DNA from: Chlorokybus atmophyticus
Taxonomy: Eukaryota; Plantae; Mesostigma and Chlorokybus algae
Assembly: GCA_009103225.1 (NCBI GenBank)
Contig: RHPI01003753.1
Location: 148,610 to 212,609 of the forward strand
DNA: 64,000 bases
Direction of reading: 5' to 3'
The notes beneath the pieces are model-generated. The model was not told where the DNA came from. It saw nothing but the letters and a program-made list of their open reading frames with translations, and did no database searches. Below are positions 12,101-22,789 of the stretch, in pieces. The stretch's first letter is position 1. Each line of letters starts with the position of its first letter. The position numbers were made by a program, and so were the translations under genes.

Positions 12101-12729
12101 GCAGGGTACGTGCTGCATGTGCCAAAACGGTTTGCTGCTGCACGCAGGGCGCTCGCGGTTGTACAATCATAAGACCTTCGTTGCCTTTGCAGGTAGTGCA
12201 GCAAGCTTATGAGGTTGCTTTGAGGGGGCTGTCGAGGAATCGGCACGTGTTGGAGGCTTTGGTAGATTTGCTTGTAGAGCAGGGCACTGTTTTAGGAACG
12301 GTAAGTGCACTGCAAACGTTTTGGGCCTCAGCCCTCAGCGTTACGCAGAGTTGATTCTGGTCTGGTCACGGCCCAAACCCACAGAACTGCAACATGCCAC
12401 ATGTGGGCCGTTCAGTGACTTAACAGTCCTCTGCACAATGTGAGCAGGAAGTGCGGGAGTTGATGGTGCGATTGGGTGCCGAGAAGTTTAAGGAAGAGGA
12501 CAATATCCTACCGTTTGATTTCCAGGTGGGTGTACTATTCTCAGCTCAGCTGCCCTCTGCATGCGCCCTGTGTGTGCCCTCAATGAGCCGCTTGGTTTGA
12601 GCCGTTCGGTCGCAATGCGTGCAGGGGACTTCCACGGGTGCACCTGTGGCAGAGAATGTTCCCGTCGGCATTGGTGGTGATGTGGACGAGTTTCTACAAA
12701 GAATCCGGCTGCAAAGACCGCCTTCATAG
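9136..12729 (+). CDS. FTSHI: Plastid FtsH-like AAA+ ATPase lacking the HEXXH zinc motif (FtsHi type)
   Basis: A transit-like first exon starts at 9136 (splicing between 9136 and 10141 is uncertain). Further exons are 10141-10362, 10462-12105, 12193-12300, about 12448-12526 and about 12628-12729. It has Walker A GKPGTGKT, Walker B VFIDEFD, SRH ATNRPSVLDPAIVRPGRID and VALGGRVAE. AAYSAGKALMG stands where AYHEAGHALV is expected. Confidence 0.9.
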
Positions 12730-13396
12730 CACTAGTAGTGTAGGATATGGTGCGCTTTTTGGCGCTGTGTTGTAACTACTGAAGACCTGCATGGTTTGCT
12801 AGTATGTTGTGCACAGTTGCCTGCTGCCGCTGGCAAACAGGCTGAAACATAACCATGTGTTGGGTGAACACTTCTGATGTCTGCGCTCGCAATTGCAATA
12901 ACAATTAGTAGATATCAGTCTGAACTTAAGTAGTATTGAAAGAAAAATCCATGTTTCAGTGCGATAAACAACCCTGGTTTATTTTCTCTTACCAATGCAT
13001 AAACATGGGGCTGACCACCAATCGTGGATCTGTGTGCAGCATTATTGCTGTATGCTGTGGTACATGCACCAGAACGTGCAGCAACACTGTGAGGTGAAAA
13101 TTTTTGTGTAAGCAAGCAATTGCGAGGTTTAGTTGGCATGTTCATTTGCCACGAGTTGCAACTTGCAAGCTGCAACACTGGCTGCTATCACCTTTGCAGT
13201 ACTTCGCAGTAGGCCTAGAACCGAAAGTGGGTAGCTAGTGTGCCACCCTGCACTGGGCCTCTATTCTGGCTCTCAGCTGCCATGTTCCCGCGCTTTGAAG
13301 TGGCCAGCGGCGGTGGCGGCGGCGATGTCGGGCCCGACATGCGCTGCCACGCCGCCGGTGTAAGCTGGCGTTGGGGAAGGCGACTGCTGAGCTGAC

Positions 13397-16300
13397 ATGG
13401 CCTTTTCCTTCGGCCAGAGCACGCCCAGCCTGGGCTTGTTCGGCCAGGCAGCCTCATCGCCTAGCCTGGGCGCCTTTGGGCAGAGCACGCCTGCCTTGGG
13501 GTCAGGCTTCGGGGCGGCGGCGGCATCTACGCCATCGTTGGGGGTGTTCGGGTCGTCCACGCCAGCATTCGGAGCGTCCACACCAGCGTTTGGAGCATCC
13601 ACACCATCGCTGGGGACCTTCGGGGCGTCTACGCCGGCGCTGGGCACGGGGTTGTTCGGACAGCCGGCGCCAGCGTCAACGCCCAGCCTGGGCTTTGGGG
13701 CGACGCCCGCGTTTGGGGCTCAAAGCACACCCAGCTTAGGTTTTGGTCTGGCCAGCAGCACGCCAGCTTTCGGGGCGTTTGGCGGTGCATTTGGTCAGAG
13801 CACAACTCCAACAGCTGTCGGTGGGATTGCTGGTGGTGCTCAGCTGCCTCAGCAGCCAGCTGGACTGCAGGTGCGCCTGCTCACTAAAGACGATGGCACC
13901 AAGAAGGGCATGCCTGCTGCTCACAGCACCAGATGGGACGACCTCGCACCCGACACACAGGTGTTGCTCTCAGGGGTTACAATAGCATCCGCTTGCTAGA
14001 ATTTGCTTTGCACATGTTGCATTTGTTTTGGTGTTCTTGCAAACTTTTGTAGGCAGAAAAATCTTTGCATGCGGTCCATCGACCATGTTGCTAACCAATG
14101 TCATGCTCCTGCACAAGCATCGCGCATGCACACACAATGCCGGGCTTGCCTCCGAGTATCTAGTGTCCACATCTGTGTTGCGCCACTGTCACGATCACCT
14201 ATGAGGCCCTATCATATGCAGTGTTCAGTGGCATGCATTGTGTGAATACGGCTCGTTTGTCAGTTGCTCACAAGCTTGTATAAATCTGCTCGCAGAAGGA
14301 GCTCCTTGCCATTGAGACCATTATCCTGGAGGCTCGTGATTTGAGCCGGCAACTTGATCAGCACCCGCGATTGCATGACACAGCAGCGTTGCAAGATGGC
14401 ATTGAAGATGAGATTTGGGAGCTCACACAGGTGATGGGCCCTCCACTGTGGCCTGCGCGCTTTTGGTTTGGGTATACATTCTGCGATTGCTGCCATGCCA
14501 TGGTCACGTAGAGCACCTTGCTTGGTACATGTAGTCAGCTTCCAATTGGCTTTCTATCAAAGTTGTATTGCTTGCAGACTGTCAAGAGTTTAACCAATGC
14601 TATGAGGGCAGAAGTTGAGGCTGCACAGCACTTGCGGCAAGATGTGCTCAAGCTGCTGCGCAACACCGAGGTAAGCACTGTTGTGCTGCAAGGGCCCTCA
14701 CCTCTACAAAAATTGACCGCCGCATCAGTGTTGCTAAGAAATGCACCTGGGCGTACAGGCTGCATTGCGAACGTTCGAGCGGGTGCGTCACAGGTTGCAA
14801 AGGTTCTCTGCTCCATCCACTATGGCAGCAACGACAACATCACAGATGGCAGACTATCTTGTTGGCCCTCCAACCTTTCCTTCCTTGTTTTTCCGGGAGG
14901 CGGTTGCAGACTTGCAGGAGACACTGACCAAATACAAGAAGCACGTCGCAGACTTGGAGCTCGCCCTTGCTCCAGTGGACACCCCGATGCAGAATGGAGA
15001 CAGCGACGACCGCGAGTATTCAGTAGTACAAACCTTGCCAACCATATTCAACAACTTGCACGACTATCTGATACATGTCGCAGCCAAGGTATTGCCCATT
15101 GATATGATGATGATGATTGGATAGTGCAACTGCATGGAGTCTCCTATGTGTCTCTGGGTCTGCAGACCCTGACACGCATAACGGGCATTGGTGCCATTGC
15201 GTTGCTCAGATTATTAGACTTGTGGTTAATGAATGCGTCATTCCATATAGGTTGAAGAGTTGCACAGCCGTGTCACATCTGCAAAGGAGGCATACCTCAT
15301 GGCTCTGCAGCGCAGCGGTGATCACCGCAATCCGTTTGTGGAAGCTGAGCGCCGAGAACAAGCCAAGGCAGCGGCCGCAGCGGCCCCTGTATCTTCGCAG
15401 GTGACACCCGCAGTTATGGCTGGCGTTGCAGCGACACCCTCTGTAGCTACCACTCCAGCCCCATCACTGTTTGGTAAAGACACTCCCCGCACGCGCTGAT
15501 GCACACTACCTTCAAGAATAATCTCACCTGGTTGTACAGGTGGTAGCACACCTGCTCTTGGCAGCACTACCCCCAGCCTGTTTGGAGCAATGAGCACGCC
15601 CACTTTGGGCTTAGCACAATCCACTCCCAGCCTGTTTGGTGGGGCCACAAGCACAGCGACAACAAGCACGCCTGCATTCTCATTTGCACCGGCCTCCACC
15701 TCTGCATTTGGTGGCGCCACAGGATCATCATTTTTTGGTACCTTTGGTGCCTGCCAATTGCTGCAAGCTGCAGTGCATGTCCCCAGCTGACGTGCTTGGT
15801 ATGCAGGTGCATCCACACCCGCATTTGCCAGCACGCCAAGCCTGTTCGGAGGTCAATCCACGCCAAGCTTGTTTGGCGCCAGCACACCAGCATTTGGTAG
15901 ATAGCAAACTGCGATAGGTTCGCACACATAATGTCGTGTTTGCTTGTGTGCCGTGACTGCCATTGTATGTGCAATTATCAATTCTGTGTCACCTGAGTCA
16001 TGTCACGGAGAACTCAGCCATGATGATGCAGGTGCCACCACACCTGCCGCAGGCTCTTCATCCGCACCAAGCCTGTTTGGAGCAGCCAGCACTACGGCAT
16101 TTGGTGCGCCTGTCTGGTGACATGCTTGCACCCTTGTGCGTTGTGGCAACATGCTGAGCTTTGCTACATGTAACACACGTGATGTGTTCAGGAGCGCCTG
16201 CAGCAACTCCCACACCAGCAACCAACCTCTTTGCCGGCTTCCAAACCTCCACACTGGTACAGCACGCATGTTCAGTGGGGCTTCAGCACAAACCCATGCA

Positions 16301-16407
16301 TGCAACTGTGCAACCCGTTGTTTAAGCTTGGTGTTCTGCAGGGTCAAGCACCTGCAACTACAGCACCCAAGCCGAGAACCAAAAGCAGCAGTCGCGCCCG
16401 CAGATAA
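13397..16407 (+). CDS. NUP58: FG-repeat nucleoporin Nup58, 10 exons
   Basis: Exons 13397-13960, 14296-14430, 14578-14670, 14759-15088, 15251-15473, 15540-15737, 15807-15896, 16032-16103, 16192-16256 and 16342-16407. N- and C-terminal STP(S/A)LFG/FG repeats flank a coiled core beginning HSTRWDDLAPDTQKELLAIE, and the C-terminus is basic (KPRTKSSSRARR*), as in plant Nup58. Confidence 0.85.
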
Positions 16408-17472
16408 CGTTGGTAGAATCGCACTCTATACCATCTTGGTCCTTTATGTTGGTTGCACTACTCCAGCGCAGGCAGCGGCAAGCGGCCCAGGCCTTTCTGC
16501 AAAGGGTGCTATCCATGCACGCATTCTCTCCACAGTGGCCGCCTGCTGCAGTACCATCAGCAAGGCAGTACATAGGTTATTGTATGCAGCACTGGACAGT
16601 AGTCTACATAGCCATACCCTATGGACAGTACGGCCTGCTGCTGTGATGTTACCCCTGGTGGGTACCCAACATTACCCTGTGAGACAGATGCCATGGCACT
16701 CAACAGGTTACGGTGATGATTATCTGTTGCGCTTGCTTATAAAGTGGCTTGCGCTCTGTCAAGCAACTTGCCGAGTGCAAAGTAGGCAGCTACGGATGTG
16801 AGAGTGTTTTGCAAGTTGCAATGTCTGTGAAGCTCGCGAACATAGCACCAACCGGTTAGGCAAGGCTATAAGAATCCACCATATACCAGCTTCCAGGGAT
16901 TGGTAACCGCCAACCGCTTTGTCAAACAACCCATTGGCCTTCGCTGCATATGATGTCCAGGCACCGACATCTAGATTGTTGCTGAGGAGCCGAAGCTGTT
17001 ATCAAAATTGGTGGAGAGCATGTACAATGCGAAACAGCAATGCACATGCATAATGGCATGCACAGTCAGCAGCATGCAGAGCGACATAGCGCATACCAAC
17101 AACACCATTGTCAGGTTGATCACCGGGTTCATGTGTTTGAAAGTGCCATGCTGTGGTAGTCTAGACTAGAGTAGCGCCCCTGTAGGCTGTAGGTGGTGGT
17201 GTGTGAATAAAGTGTTGTGCTCTAGGTGTTTTGATTGTGTTTTTGAGCTTGGCATAGAGTGTTGCATGATGTTTCCCCATACCCTATGCTGATGATGTGT
17301 TGGCTGCCTACCTGATGTGCTGTATGCCCACACAGTCAAAGTTAGTCTGCATGGAGTTTTATACCGACTAGTATGCAACATCGTCACACCAAGCTACGTA
17401 CTGTCATCCCTGCCTATCACTGCACAAGCATACTCACACGCATGCCAGCGGTATGCCAGCACGCCTACACAA

Positions 17473-17825
17473 CTACACTGCTGCACCCGCCAGCGCAGCG
17501 TCCGCTTCCGCCGTTGGCGCCGCCGTCTGGACCGGACCCCAGCCTGGTACTGCCGCTACGACTGCCGCCCCCCGCTCCAGGATGGTGATGCCCTGGGCAC
17601 GCTGCAGCGCGCAAGACACGCGCTGCCGGTACAGAGCCAAGTAGCCCAATAGCCTGCTCACTGGCAGGTCACGTGCAGCCAGTGCCCTCCTAGCGCATGT
17701 GTCGATGACGTCGTGAAAACTCTGGCCCAGGGTGCTGTGCGTCTCGGCGGTGAGGGGATGGAATGTGTCGGCGGCGGGGTGATCGTGGTATTTCCGCCGC
17801 TTCGCCTGCTCCGCCGCCATGAAGT
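17473..17825 (-). mobile_element. 5'-truncated non-LTR retrotransposon fragment (CRE/RLE type, C-terminal restriction-like endonuclease region)
   Basis: AEQAKRRKY..FHPLTAETHSTLG..CARR..YRQRVSCALQRAQG matches the K..KY / F.P.A.ET.G.LG / QRLS.ALQR pattern at the end of RLE-encoding LINE ORFs. It is an intron-less GC-rich island in intergenic DNA. Confidence 0.65.
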
Positions 17826-18319
17826 ACATAGGACGCAAAACATGCATGCGCAAGCATACGATATGCATTGAGGCAACAGCATTACATCACACGCATGGCG
17901 TACATCAACTCAAGTCCAGTTCGCTATCGGGCTACTCTACAACACAACTACTCTACTGCCCCTACACCGCTAGTCATGCAGTGGCATGCATGCGGTTATG
18001 ATCACCTGCACCGCGGCTGTGTGCTGCCTCAATCTCCAGCCAGCATTGCAGGCATAGCCTTCAACAACATATATGACTGAACAGGGAACCAACTAGTGTA
18101 AAAGAACAACATCGTGACTGACACGGGGCTTGGCGAACTCAGGCTGCAATGCACAGAGCATTCACCTCATGCACACAGTTGGTGCAAGCTATACACAAAG
18201 ATACTTGTACAAGATATCAAGTGGACTAGGCAATGTATAGCATATCATGCAGCTAGCGTGGCTATATACAAAGCAGAAGGCGAGCGCACAAGCAACATGC
18301 AAAATTGTCCAGTACCTGG

Positions 18320-19406
18320 TCAGTTGTTAACCTGACCCTGCGCAAGTCCATCTACGAGCGCTGACACGCGTGCATCGTAAGTGCGACTAGCAATGCGTGA
18401 GCCCGCCACATAAAAGGGGTTGGAGATCGCGTCCACGGTGAGGCTGTGCAGCTTTCGGAAGAAAGGCTTGAAGTCCGGGTCCACTGCAGTGCCGTTGTTG
18501 GCGTTGGGGGAAGAACCCGACACCAACACCAGCTTGTGACGGGAACTTGTCAAGTAGCCGTACACGCGATAGTCCTCTGTTGGATACAGCAGCCCTAGAT
18601 AAGGGTCCTGCAACACCACACACACACAACCAGTGCACGATGAGCATATGAGGTGCAAAAAGGAAACTTGATGCACACTCAACCAGTAGTTTTGGGTTGA
18701 CAACAGAAATTGGGAATGGCTTCAGCAGATAACGCATTGAAACGTCACGCAGAGTTCGAAGACGTTGATTTCTCAGCTTTCCAGCGTGTTCTCTACGTAT
18801 GTGAACATCACAATGCATGCACGTTGTGCTGACACACATGCTGACCAACGCTTCACTCACTTACAGAGCAACTTTTAGCACCAATTCAGAAGTGGCACAT
18901 CACGCTTCACTGCATTTATTGTATTTATGGCAGCATTGCCAAGCCTGTGTTCGCTTCAGATTGCAAACCACTGCTGCTGCTGCTCACGTGTACGGCGGGG
19001 TTGGCAGACTTGGCGGCTTTCTGCTGCGCAACCCTCGACTCGACAACGTCCAGAGCGCAGTGAACAATGTAGTGGAACCGCAGCGACCCCAAACCCTCGT
19101 CACCCAGGCCGCCGCCGCCGCTGCCCTCCCCGAAACACTTGATCCAGATCGGGTTGTTCTGTGAGTGAGGGAAAGACAGAGAGTTCAAACAAGGGTTTCA
19201 GGAGTGCTATATATGAGTGAGTTCCTTGCAAAACCAAAAACAAGTACAAGTGCAAGCATTCTCAGCATGAGGCTAGCGAGAAACAACGCTAGGCCGACAG
19301 TTTCCGACGCTATGCATGGGTGACATTATGGTGATGAGGCATGTCCTCAAGTTACAAACGCAATCTCTCTTACAGCAGGGCCAATAACCGCCACGCATAC
19401 TATCAT
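18320..19406 (-). CDS. TRAPPC2L: TRAPP complex subunit 2-like (sedlin family), 3 exons
   Basis: Exons 19406-19374, 19158-18994 and 18607-18320 give MIVCVAVIGPANNPIWI, LRFHYIVHCALDVVE, YLGLLYPTEDYRVYGYLT and FFRKLHSLTVDAISNPFY. Confidence 0.93.
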
Positions 19407-20872
19407 TGCCACCGCCGCCGCCGCCGCTACCGCCTTGCCCACAGCGCCAACGACTGGGGTTGGCAAAAACGCTGCGCATGTGAGTGCACTGCACGTAGTC
19501 TTCCCTGGATAAGTGCATATCCACTCTCACAGCAGATGTCATGTCACACAGTGACTGCAACTTGTCCGTGTAATTCGGCAGCATGGGATATGTTTTTGGG
19601 AATCCACCACAGGGACAAGTTGTGCTGAGAACAACACACACCAGCAGAGGTCAAGACTTGCAGCTCTTCGACTACCATAGTTAATGGTGACCACATCAAG
19701 CACGACACCAATGGTTCGTGATGCTGGTCCCAATGTAAATTGCATGGATTGTAGGCATTCGTAACAACATTATGTGCGCAACGTTAAAAGCAAAACACCC
19801 ACATCACTGTACAGTGTTGTGACATCACCATCACTACTGGCATATAATGGCTATGCTCTACGCGCAAGCATGCAATCGAAGGCAGATATCAGTATTCGAG
19901 TGTCCAGCATTGCTTGCAGGCTTCGCGTACGAAAGCAGCAATTGTAGCAAGGTAAGCAATAACTTTAATTACGTATGATACATGTATAATGCCGATAACA
20001 ACTCATATGACATAAATAATACCATATACAACATGAAAACTTATATGCCTTCATTGTAACGCAAATCACTTACTTATATGTACTTGGGCGTCACATTTGT
20101 GCACACATAAGAACTTTGTTACAACATACCACGGTGCAGCACCTTAATGAAGAAATGCCTAGTATCGCATCAGAAAGCAGAAGATGCACGGCGATTGCTG
20201 TACTCAGATCACACAATCCCAAGCACACCCCACATACGTGTGAATTTGTCACAAACACCCCACAAAAAATGAGAGGGAAAGCCCCTTGAACAACCACACT
20301 GGCACTACACACACAAGAGTCGAGTATGCACATGCAAAGCTGCCTCGACACTTGTTGAGGCCGTTCATATACCCCTTCTTTATGCTCTCGACGTTGAACA
20401 TCCAAGGCTATTTGCCTTTGTCATGGCTGCGTCGACCAACTTCTGCGTTGGGGCTGCACATCAGCCCTTAGACATCCTTTTAATGCCTCGGACTGATTAC
20501 ACATCTGCCTCGATCACCGTGAACACCCAACTTAGATGCCTTGAAAGCTGGTCGCATGAGCCTATTCTAGGCCCTTGAACATTAATGATATGCATATACA
20601 TGGGGGCAAATGCATATGCATGCATATGCGGAGATATCTCGCTATATCTCCGCTTATGAACTCATCTGCAGACACATGCATACACATGCGGACATGGAAC
20701 ACTGACTAGCCGCTAGGGCTTATGCTAGCTTGTGGATAGTGCATATGTGTAGCTATAGTGCCCTTGCACACCAATTGCACAAGATCTAGAACCAGCTTTA
20801 TGAGCACGTATGCTAAGTACCACACAACTTGATTACACAGAATCCTTACTTACTCCTTTATACTTATTGCAT

Positions 20873-20925
20873 AAGTTGCTTACATAGGTAAGCAAGTTGT
20901 TTACATAGGTAAGCAAGTTGCTTAC
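20873..20925. repeat. 21-bp tandem repeat, 2.5 copies, each with a 6-bp internal hairpin
   Basis: The unit is aagttg(c/t)ttacataggtaagc and contains gcttac-atag-gtaagc. Confidence 0.85.
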
Positions 20926-22065
20926 TTATGTACGCAACGTTAAAGTGACTTTCGCTTGCCTTTGGGCGTGACATATATGGCATGTACGCATTTTTTTTGT
21001 AAAGTATTGATATACATCAATGAAAGTCACTTACACGGAAGCAACGCAATGTTCTTAACAACTCGCGTGCACAAAGACAATTACGTTAACGCGATCAAAT
21101 CACGTGTGCATGAGGCAAATGTAAATATGCACACGGTGATTGAATGCATGTACCTTATTTAATTTATATCATATAATTTATATCATTAAACTTGTAAGAT
21201 ATATGTGTCTATAATGTGCCATATATTCATGAGCTATTTGCTACAACTTGCAACAATACGTACATGTCAAAGATGAAAAACACTAGCATTCAAATGTTTT
21301 GAAATATGTACACACATATACATCTGAACACTTCTCACAATTTGTTATAATTATGCAATACTACTGTAGTGCAGGTATTAAATGGTTCGGAATTTCACGT
21401 ACGATATTATAACTTTCCAATTTGGGATGCAGATTGTGACAAAAACCATAATATATATGCACGAAGAACTTGCATTAACAAGCGTGACGCGAGTATTATA
21501 TTAATGAATTCATCTAATGAGTCGGTTTAATCTTGTTCATACATTGCGACAATCATTAAACAGTAGCGTGTATGGCGAAGTGATGCGAGAATGTTATAAA
21601 GTTAAATATGTGTGGCTATAACAACTTGTCATGCACGCAACAGCATTGTTGTTGATAACAAATTTAACACGTGTCATAAATCATAGCATATACTTTGCAA
21701 ATATTTATCATACTGCAAGCTTGTGGGGCAATTGTTTATGTCAACTTGATATACATATGATTGTGATTTACAATTACAATGCAACATACAATTGCGGTGC
21801 AATCAAATTTATTGTTATCAGAGCAAGCCGGCAAAGCTATATTGTATATAGCAATGATGCTGTAACAATGTTGAGCAAATATGTAAGCCATGGTTGCGCA
21901 ACTCATATACAAATGATGTTTTAATGTAAAACAAAAATGTCATACATAACTTGGTTAATACCTTATACAACGACTTATTGTTACTACAGCAAAACATTCG
22001 TCTCTTCAACAGCTATACGCTATTGACTATAGCATATAGCTGTTTAAGAGACGATTGTTTATTTG

Positions 22066-22148
22066 TTTACGAGCATAAAGGATATGCTTTTTACACATGA
22101 CTATAGGCTATAGTCATGTGTAAAAAGCATATCTTTTATGCTCGTAAA
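22066..22148. repeat. 83-bp near-perfect palindrome (41+1+41)
   Basis: tttacgagcataaaggatatgctttttacacatgactatag-g-ctatagtcatgtgtaaaaagcatatcttttatgctcgtaaa, with one G-T mismatch. The last 10 bp (tgctcgtaaa) are duplicated at 22149-22158. Confidence 0.95.
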
Positions 22149-22789
22149 TGCTCGTAAATGACTACGAACAGTCCTTGACGCATTGGTATGAAGCTTTGAG
22201 GTCAACATGGAATTGGCAAGAAAAGGCAACCCGCACATGCATTTCTGAGACATCCTGCCAGGCTGGCAGTGTGGGCGCGAGCGCGCAGCTATTCGACCTA
22301 AAAAGCTCGCGCGCGGACCCAAACCGGCGACTGACCCTCTGTTTTCCATATCCGTTCTCCGCCGCACGCGTCCTCGTGCGCCGCTGTGCGTCCTTGTGCT
22401 GGGCGTGTGCGCACCGCCCGGCTGGCATCATCCCGTCGGCGCCACGACCGCCACGTCGCCCCGCTGCGCAAAGGTCTATCGCAAGCATATGCCCAAAAAG
22501 TGTTCCCGGTTACCAGCAGGATGTCGGCCTTCGATGCCCGAAAGTCGAGTATATCCATACCAGCAAGCAAATATCTGTCTAGTGTGACCGAGGATTGCCA
22601 GTTAAGACGGGGAGCAAGCTAGACACAATGTACTAACGTAACTGCGGACATAATCACATTGAGGCAGCTAGTGGCGGCGGCGGCGACAGCGGCGGCGGCG
22701 GGAGTGGTGCTGGTAGACTACCAGTGGTATTGTTGAAGTGGTGTTGTAGCCGGTGAAGGAGTTGAGGCTTGAGTGTGACACTGAGCGCA

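Noticed and set aside
13273-13647. Repetitive GVDAPN ORF on the minus strand
   Set aside because: It is the antisense of the NUP58 FG repeats.
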